Shown: in pieces, positions 57,999 through 64,000 of the stretch
Numbering within the stretch: position 1 is the stretch's first letter
Layout: every line of letters begins with the position of its first letter
Assembly: GCA_017441505.1 (NCBI GenBank)
Contig: JAFRXL010000057.1
Location: 16,966-80,965, forward strand
Length of the DNA: 64,000 nt
Origin: Ruminococcus sp.
GTDB lineage: Bacteria > Bacillota > Clostridia > Oscillospirales > Ruminococcaceae
Reading direction: 5' to 3'
Made by a program: the position numbers and the translations under genes
The notes under the pieces: model-generated
Told to the model about the DNA's origin: nothing
The model's database searches: none
Seen by the model: only the letters and a program-made list of their open reading frames with translations

Positions 57999-60101
57999 TT
58001 ACTCCTCAATAAAGTCAAACTCCTCATTTGAAAGTCTCAGGATGTCACCGTTGCGGAGTCTTATTTCAGTCTGCACAGGAATCGGTGAACCATTAACAAA
58101 AGTTCTGTTTGTCGAGTTATTATCAACAACGTAATAACCGTCAGTTCTGCGGTAAATAGTCGCATGGAAACGGCTTACGGTGCGGTTATTAGTGACGCAG
58201 TAGTCCACTCTTGCTCTTTCCTTGCCAATAGTGAATACGTGCTTTGTGATTATGGCAGTTTCCTTGTTGGAGCGGCGGATAAGCTTTGCTGTAGGAAGGT
58301 CAGCCATAGTACTTCTGCTGTAGTCGTTGAGCACGACAGTACCCTCATCCTCAGCACCGAACTGTTCTGCATAGCTGAATGAAGGCTTCTCCGGAGCAGT
58401 TTCCATTACAGGCTTTGGCTCTTCCTTTTTAACAGGTTCAGGCTTCTTTTCCACTTTCTCAGGGATCTCTGCTACAGTTTCCATTACCTTTTCCGGAGCT
58501 TTTTCTTCCTTTACAGGTTCGGACTTCTTTTCCTCAACTTTTGGCTCTTCGGGAGCTTTTTCCACAGGAGCTTCAACAATTGGTTGGTGTTCAGCATTTT
58601 TCTTAGCTGAGACTGCCTTGACTTTAACGTGCTTTATAACGACCTTTCGACCGTGTTTCTTCTCCTCGACCTTTGGAGCTTCCGGAGCTTTCTCTTCCTT
58701 GACCGGCTCAGGCTTCTTCTCCTCTGCCTTCGGAGCTTCCGGAGCTTTCTCTTCCTTGACCGGCTCGGACTTCTTCTCCTCGACCTTTGGAGCTTCCGGA
58801 GCTTTCTCTTCCTTGACCGGCTCGGACTTCTTCTCCTCAGCCTTTGGAACTTCCGGAGCTTTCTCTTCCTTGACCGGCTCGGACTTCTTCTCCTCGACCT
58901 TTGGTGCTTCCGGAGCTTTTTCCTCCTTGACCGGCTCGGACTTCTTTTCCTCGACCTTTGGAACTTCCGGAGCTTTCTCTTCCTTGACCGGCTCAGGCTT
59001 CTTCTCCTCGACCTTTGGAGCTTCCGGAGCTTTCTCTTCCTTGACCGGCTCAGGCTTCTTCTCCTCGACCTTTGGAGCTTCCGGAGCTTTTTCCTCCTTG
59101 ACCGGCTCAGGCTTCTTCTCCTCGACCTTTGGAGCTTCCGGAGCTTTCTCTTCCTTGACCGGCTCAGGCTTCTTCTCCTCTGCCTTCGGTGCTTCCGGAG
59201 CTTTTTCTTCCTTTACAGGCTCAGGCTTCTTTTCCTCTGCCTTTGGAGCTTCCGGAGCTTTTTCCTCCTTGACCGGCTCAGGCTTTTTCTCCTCAGCCTT
59301 TGGTGATTCCGGAGCTTTTTCTTCCTTGACCGGCTCGGACTTCTTCTCCTCAGCCTTTGGTGCTTCCGGAGCTTTTTCTTCCTTGACCGGCTCAGGCTTC
59401 TTCTCCTCGACCTTTGGAGCTTCCGGAGCTAAAGGTGCAGCGGTCTGTGCAGGTCTCTGGAATGAAGCCGTACTTGCTGACTGCGGTACAGAAGGCTTGT
59501 TCAGTACTCCTGACTGCTGTGCACCATAAGTCTGTCTTGGTACGATCGTATAGGTTACGGGAGAAGCTCCCATAATGAATTTTTCAAGTTCGTTTACCGA
59601 GAAATTCGGCATTCTTCCGGCAAATGCCATAAAATTGTTCACACTTGTTCTGTCCTGTGTATCAGCGAACTTAGCTGCTGAAGCTATCTGCGAGAAACAA
59701 TTCATGAAGCCCTTATTAAGTGCCGGAGAGTTGAGCACCGGCTGGTAAATAAGGAATAATTCACCGGTATTTTCGTTTATCATTATAAAATCAAGATCCA
59801 GCACCACTTTTGCCGGATGAAGTTTGAAATGTATAACAGCCTTATACGCTTCAAGAAGCTGAGCTATCATCATATAGAAGTGATCCTTGTTGATGTTCCT
59901 TTTCAGGAATCTGCTCAAAGGCACACCTTTAGCTCCGGTAAAAAGGATCTTACTTGAATCCTCCGGATTCGGACGCATAAATCCCCTTGAAAAATCTTTT
60001 GAAAAGAACATTACCTCATTATTATTGATCCTCTCGGATGAAGAGAGTTTTAGCCGAACACTTATTTGTCCCTGTTTATCAATAAACTTTAGTTTTGCCA
60101 T
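57999..60101 (-). CDS. FHA-domain protein with DUF6382-like N-terminus and central 19-aa tandem repeats
   Basis: C-terminal FHA (IGK...VSR.HA...D.NSTN.T.VNG...GD); N-terminal L...L...I.....L.LD.I.....L.LIY.P. Confidence 0.85.
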   Translation of the reverse strand: MAKLKFIDKQGQISVRLKLSSSERINNNEVMFFSKDFSRGFMRPNPEDSSKILFTGAKGVPLSRFLKRNINKDHFYMMIAQLLEAYKAVIHFKLHPAKVVLDLDFIMINENTGELFLIYQPVLNSPALNKGFMNCFSQIASAAKFADTQDRTSVNNFMAFAGRMPNFSVNELEKFIMGASPVTYTIVPRQTYGAQQSGVLNKPSVPQSASTASFQRPAQTAAPLAPEAPKVEEKKPEPVKEEKAPEAPKAEEKKSEPVKEEKAPESPKAEEKKPEPVKEEKAPEAPKAEEKKPEPVKEEKAPEAPKAEEKKPEPVKEEKAPEAPKVEEKKPEPVKEEKAPEAPKVEEKKPEPVKEEKAPEAPKVEEKKPEPVKEEKAPEVPKVEEKKSEPVKEEKAPEAPKVEEKKSEPVKEEKAPEVPKAEEKKSEPVKEEKAPEAPKVEEKKSEPVKEEKAPEAPKAEEKKPEPVKEEKAPEAPKVEEKKHGRKVVIKHVKVKAVSAKKNAEHQPIVEAPVEKAPEEPKVEEKKSEPVKEEKAPEKVMETVAEIPEKVEKKPEPVKKEEPKPVMETAPEKPSFSYAEQFGAEDEGTVVLNDYSRSTMADLPTAKLIRRSNKETAIITKHVFTIGKERARVDYCVTNNRTVSRFHATIYRRTDGYYVVDNNSTNRTFVNGSPIPVQTEIRLRNGDILRLSNEEFDFIEE
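58656..59429 (-). repeat. Coding tandem repeat, 57-bp unit x ~13.6 (APEAPK[V/A]EEKK[P/S]EPVKEEK)
   Basis: Directly visible in DNA and translation; no spacers. Confidence 0.95.
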
Positions 60102-60306
60102 AGAAGCACCCCTTTTCTATTTATGTATATCCTGCCGAAGCGGCGAGGGTCATCTTCGTTTTCACATTTTTATACAATTTTATTATACATTATTAATTTG
60201 TCAAAGTCAAGATATAATGCGATATTACTTACCGTTTATTGCGGATTTTTCCACAAAAATAAATGGGACGCCGAAGCGTCCCGAAAAGTAGATATTCTTA
60301 TATTTT

Positions 60307-62670
60307 TCAGTCTCTTGGGTCAAGAGACGTTACAGCATGGATGAGGTATTTCTGTATCTGTAAAGCGTCCATGTTAGTAAGTCCGCTTGTACCGTTTTCG
60401 TATACATCCGCACTTAATTCACCATTACGAGTGATATGATTTTCGTCTGTACCGTCAATACCGTAAAGGTCAGCATTTGCGAGAGCCTGCATAACGAGTA
60501 CAGCGTCGTTCATCTTTACTTCACCGCTGAGGTTTGCATCTCCCCATACACTAACTTCTTCTACGTCATTATTTGTTGAATTCACATATTGAACGTAGAA
60601 AGCAACACCATGATACTTTCCTGCTGATGCATTAGCGAAAGAAATGTCAAGGTAAACAGGGTAACGACCCGGTTTAGCAGAGTCTACTTCTGAGAAATCA
60701 TATTTGCTTGTGCAAAGGAGCGGAGGATATTCCGAATATTCACCGGTCGGATAGCTAAGGTATGGAATAGTCTCTGCACCGGTGAGATCAGTCTCATAAA
60801 CGCCTGTTCTGCCGCTTGAATACTCTGCATCGATCTTTACATGAGCTGAATATCCTTTAAAAGCATCGGTTTCACAATCCTGACCTACAAAGAATGTTTT
60901 GGTCGGACTTGAAATTGTTTCCACACTAATGTCAGCGTGTTTAAGAATATCGCTCATACCGTCATAAGTAGTTGTTGTTATCGGATCAGTTACAACGACT
61001 GTAGTAGTTGTAGTTGTGGAAGTAGTAGTTTTTGGAGCAGTTGTAGTTGTGGTCGTTGTGATATTTGTATTAGCTTCGCCCTCGAAAGTAAGCTCTACAG
61101 ATTCAAGGGTTACAGAAGTCTCGCCTGCATCTGACCATGTCCACCAGTTCTCGAATTTGAGATAATCCATATCGATAGCACCAACAGCTGTCTTAGTTAC
61201 CTGATTATCGGCATTCCACTCGATATTGAACTTTGCGGGAGCAAGGTCGATTATCATAGCATTATCGCCAAGACCGATAGAAGAATCGATATTGGAGTAA
61301 TGAAGATCTCCGCTTTCATCCTTCATATTGAAGCTTACTGCAATATCTCCGCTTGCATTCTGAACATTTCCGGATTTATTCCACTTGAACTCAACATAAG
61401 CTGTCTTGAGCTTTACTCCGGACTGTCTGTATGGTGAGAGGTCTACCTGCCAATAGGTCTTGCCGCTTTCAGGGTCAACAGCGGCAATATCGGAAGCCTT
61501 GAAAGTTACCTTAGTAGTCTTTTCCTCATCTCCGCCCTGTGAGCTTGTGCCTGATGCTGACTTGAAGAGGTCACCGATACTGCTGTCGTACCATCTGAGA
61601 GTTCTTCTGTTGAAGTAAGCCATATCGCCTTCGCCGTTATTATCAACGGACATATCCCATACTACAGGGCATATACCGTTTTTGCTGAGTGCATATTCAG
61701 CAACTTCCTTGAGGAATTTCTTTATAGAGTCCTTATTTTTTCCGCCCTTATTGCTGGTATTTACGCCGTACTCACCGATGATAACAGGTATACCGTTATT
61801 GACGAATTTCTTTTCAAGCTTATCAAAATCGTTGTGGAGAGTAGAAATATCAGAGCTTGTGCCCCATGTTTCATAGTGTCCCCAGTCAGAAGTGAGGTCA
61901 GCGACACAGAACTGCGGCGGCTCGTAGTAATGGCAGGAAACAGCGATCATCTTAGAGCTGTCGGAAGGTGCAGAGAAGCTGCTGTCGAGGAGTTTTGATG
62001 TGTTGTTTGACTGAGCTTCTACAAGAAGGAGTCTGTCCTTATTGTTTCCGCCAGTAGCACGAACAGCGTCAACGAAAGCCTGATTGAGCTTCATCATACC
62101 GGAATTGTCGATATTCTGCTCATTCATAGCCTCGAAAACGAGGTGCTGGTCATAGCTCTTGAAATAGTTAGCGATATTTGTCCAGAGCTTCTTGAACTTA
62201 GCAGTAGTATTGTCGTCGGAACTTTTCAGCCAGTCGCTCTCATCGTGGTGGGTATTGATGATAGCGTACATACCGTTATTGATGCAGTAATCGACAACTT
62301 CCTTTATTCTTGCGAGGAATTCGCTGTTGGGAGTGCCGTCGCTGCTCATCATCTGATACCATGTTATAGGGATACGAACGGTCTTGAATCCGCTCTTTTT
62401 TATCTCTTGTATCATAGCCTCAGTTGTAGTAGGGTTGCCCCATGCAGTTTCGATAGCGTTAGCTGTGAGAGGGGAAGTCCATGTGTTGGTACAGTCGAAG
62501 GTATTGCCTAAATTCCAGCCTTGACCCATATCCTCAACGAGCTGGACTGCTGTAAGACCTGCTGCATCAGCATTGCCTAAATCGCTGATGATATACAGGT
62601 GGGAAAAACAGCCTGTGAACGCCAATACCGATGATGCACCGGCAGCGGCGAACTTCTTGATGATATTCAT
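60307..62670 (-). CDS. Cellulosomal GH5 endoglucanase: signal-GH5-putative CBM-Thr linker-Ig-like-dockerin
   Basis: GWNLGN, RIP.TW, INTHH, AMNE (acid/base), HYY, IGEYG (nucleophile); C-terminal dockerin; AAGGAG RBS supports start 62670. Confidence 0.9.
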   Translation of the reverse strand: MNIIKKFAAAGASSVLAFTGCFSHLYIISDLGNADAAGLTAVQLVEDMGQGWNLGNTFDCTNTWTSPLTANAIETAWGNPTTTEAMIQEIKKSGFKTVRIPITWYQMMSSDGTPNSEFLARIKEVVDYCINNGMYAIINTHHDESDWLKSSDDNTTAKFKKLWTNIANYFKSYDQHLVFEAMNEQNIDNSGMMKLNQAFVDAVRATGGNNKDRLLLVEAQSNNTSKLLDSSFSAPSDSSKMIAVSCHYYEPPQFCVADLTSDWGHYETWGTSSDISTLHNDFDKLEKKFVNNGIPVIIGEYGVNTSNKGGKNKDSIKKFLKEVAEYALSKNGICPVVWDMSVDNNGEGDMAYFNRRTLRWYDSSIGDLFKSASGTSSQGGDEEKTTKVTFKASDIAAVDPESGKTYWQVDLSPYRQSGVKLKTAYVEFKWNKSGNVQNASGDIAVSFNMKDESGDLHYSNIDSSIGLGDNAMIIDLAPAKFNIEWNADNQVTKTAVGAIDMDYLKFENWWTWSDAGETSVTLESVELTFEGEANTNITTTTTTTAPKTTTSTTTTTTVVVTDPITTTTYDGMSDILKHADISVETISSPTKTFFVGQDCETDAFKGYSAHVKIDAEYSSGRTGVYETDLTGAETIPYLSYPTGEYSEYPPLLCTSKYDFSEVDSAKPGRYPVYLDISFANASAGKYHGVAFYVQYVNSTNNDVEEVSVWGDANLSGEVKMNDAVLVMQALANADLYGIDGTDENHITRNGELSADVYENGTSGLTNMDALQIQKYLIHAVTSLDPRD

Positions 62671-62858
62671 AATATCAAACTCCTTTACATAATATATTAC
62701 TCTAAATTTAGCACAAAAATGCCATAAAGTCAACAACAAAAGCCTGCCTTATACCTTATGTAGATATTTTTGTATATTATACACATCCAAAGCAGTCGTG
62801 TATTGGAGTATTTGAACAATAAAAAATACCGGAAATAAATACCGGTATCACTTTTATC

Positions 62859-63467
62859 TTATTTAGTTTTTTTATGCTGAGCTATTATGAGCTTTACTGT
62901 ATTGTATAGATAAGGTTTCAGCTCCCTGATACTGCAAGGCTCGCTGTAAAGTATGGATGAATAGCAGGTCGAAGATACAAGCTCTATTATCATGAACATC
63001 ATTATCTCCGGGTCTCTGAATTCGCACGGAGCTTCGTCGAGCATTTCACGGTAGACACTGGAGAAATCCACATCGTCGTCACCGGATGAAGCTGTAAGAG
63101 CTGATTTGAATACTCCCCAGCTCAGATTCTTGGAAATAAAAGTCAGCAGAGACTGATTTTCGTTAAGCTGGTTCACGATTTTGTCGATTATCCTTATAAC
63201 TCTTTCCTCATAGCCCATTTCCTTTAACTCCGGACCAAGCTCGTCAAGAGCATTTCGGAAAAGCTGGCTGGACTTATGAGCGATGAGCTTATTTCTTATA
63301 TCATATTTATCTTTAAAATAAAGATAAAAAGTTCCCTTTGCAACTCCTGCTTTGTTAACTATATCAGAAATTGAAGTCTTACTGAAACCCTTAGTAGTAA
63401 AGGCTTCAAAAGCGGTTTTAAGGAGCGAGGTCTCTTTCTGTTTTTTATTAACGTCTACCTTTCCCAT
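62859..63467 (-). CDS. TetR/AcrR-family transcriptional regulator
   Basis: F..KG...TSISDI...AGVAKGTFYLYFKDK. Confidence 0.93.
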   Translation of the reverse strand: MGKVDVNKKQKETSLLKTAFEAFTTKGFSKTSISDIVNKAGVAKGTFYLYFKDKYDIRNKLIAHKSSQLFRNALDELGPELKEMGYEERVIRIIDKIVNQLNENQSLLTFISKNLSWGVFKSALTASSGDDDVDFSSVYREMLDEAPCEFRDPEIMMFMIIELVSSTCYSSILYSEPCSIRELKPYLYNTVKLIIAQHKKTK

Positions 63468-63568
63468 GCATTATATCCTTTCTGTTAGATTGACTTAACG
63501 TTAATATGATACATTACATCTAAAACTAATTATAGTCTAAGAAAACACGCTTGTCAAGCAGTTATTTC

Positions 63569-63714
63569 TGACTAAAGGTCAGGTTTGCCAGAGGTGATGA
63601 ATTGTGCATCTCTACAAAAATTGTGACCTGAAGTCATTTTTCTTAAATTCATTATTGACTGTTGGTCATTTTAAGCGTATACTATTTAGTAATAAAGGTA
63701 ATGACTTCCGGTCA
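63569..63714. promoter_or_regulatory. Four TGAC-N5-GTCA palindromes (putative TetR operators) around a TTGACT-N17-TATACT promoter
   Basis: Copies at 63569, 63624, 63656 (on the -35) and 63702. Confidence 0.75.
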
Positions 63715-63769
63715 GTAAAACCGGAGATGACATAAATGATAAATAATAATTACAGAAAGGGACGATTTT

Positions 63770-64000
63770 ATGCTTAAATTTGGTGAATGGGTCGCTAAGC
63801 ACAAAGTGCTGATACTCATTATCGGCGTGGTGCTTATGATACCGTGTGCTATTGGCTTTATCAAAACAAGAGTCAACTACGATATTCTCTCATATCTTCC
63901 GGAAGACCTCACTACTATGAAGGGTCAGGAGATACTTAAAGACGACTTCGGTCAGGGAGGTTTCTCGCTGGTAATGGTCGAGGGCATGAGCGATAAGGAA
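63770..64000 (+). CDS. MMPL/RND-family transporter, N-terminal part (truncated by window end)
   Basis: MLKFGEWVAKHKVLILIIGVVLMIPCAIGFIKTRVNYDILSYLPED...; GAAAGG RBS; divergent from TetR. Confidence 0.8.
   Translation, partial: MLKFGEWVAKHKVLILIIGVVLMIPCAIGFIKTRVNYDILSYLPEDLTTMKGQEILKDDFGQGGFSLVMVEGMSDKE

Noticed and set aside
58656-59429. Possible CRISPR array
   Set aside because: Contiguous in-frame tandem units without unique spacers; no cas genes
58618-59529. 303-aa and 225-aa plus-strand repetitive ORFs
   Set aside because: Antisense readings of the 57-bp coding repeat of the FHA gene

Overview
64-kb chromosomal window from a cellulolytic, cellulosome-producing Ruminococcus-like bacterium (Oscillospiraceae; inferred from dockerin-bearing enzymes, sigma-A type promoters and gene content). 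It is mostly housekeeping DNA: gpr, rpsT, glgP plus a GH13 enzyme, tex, carB, carD, ylxM-ffh-rpsP-khpA, ppk1, a CDP-alcohol phosphatidyltransferase, htpG with a perfect CIRCE, nfnAB-rex, ddl and murF. Interspersed are cell-envelope glycosylation genes (two GT2s, YfhO, a GT-C-like protein) and four dockerin proteins (CBM4-Ig-GH9-Doc-GH16, GH5-X-Doc, LRR-Doc and an ECF anti-sigma-like fusion). I found no rRNA, tRNA, CRISPR array or transposase. The most striking observation is an ECF sigma factor coupled to a 777-aa anti-sigma-like membrane protein. That gene carries, in frame at codon 218, a second strong RBS, ATG and signal peptide ahead of a multi-dockerin/EF-hand module, suggesting one gene with two products that links the cellulosome to ECF signalling. 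Also notable: two long nested palindromic (MITE-like or structured-RNA) elements, a stranded DUF6291-like remnant, several structured 5' leaders, two apparent pseudo-enzymes and a four-copy TetR operator. All family assignments are by eye from motifs; no database searches were run.
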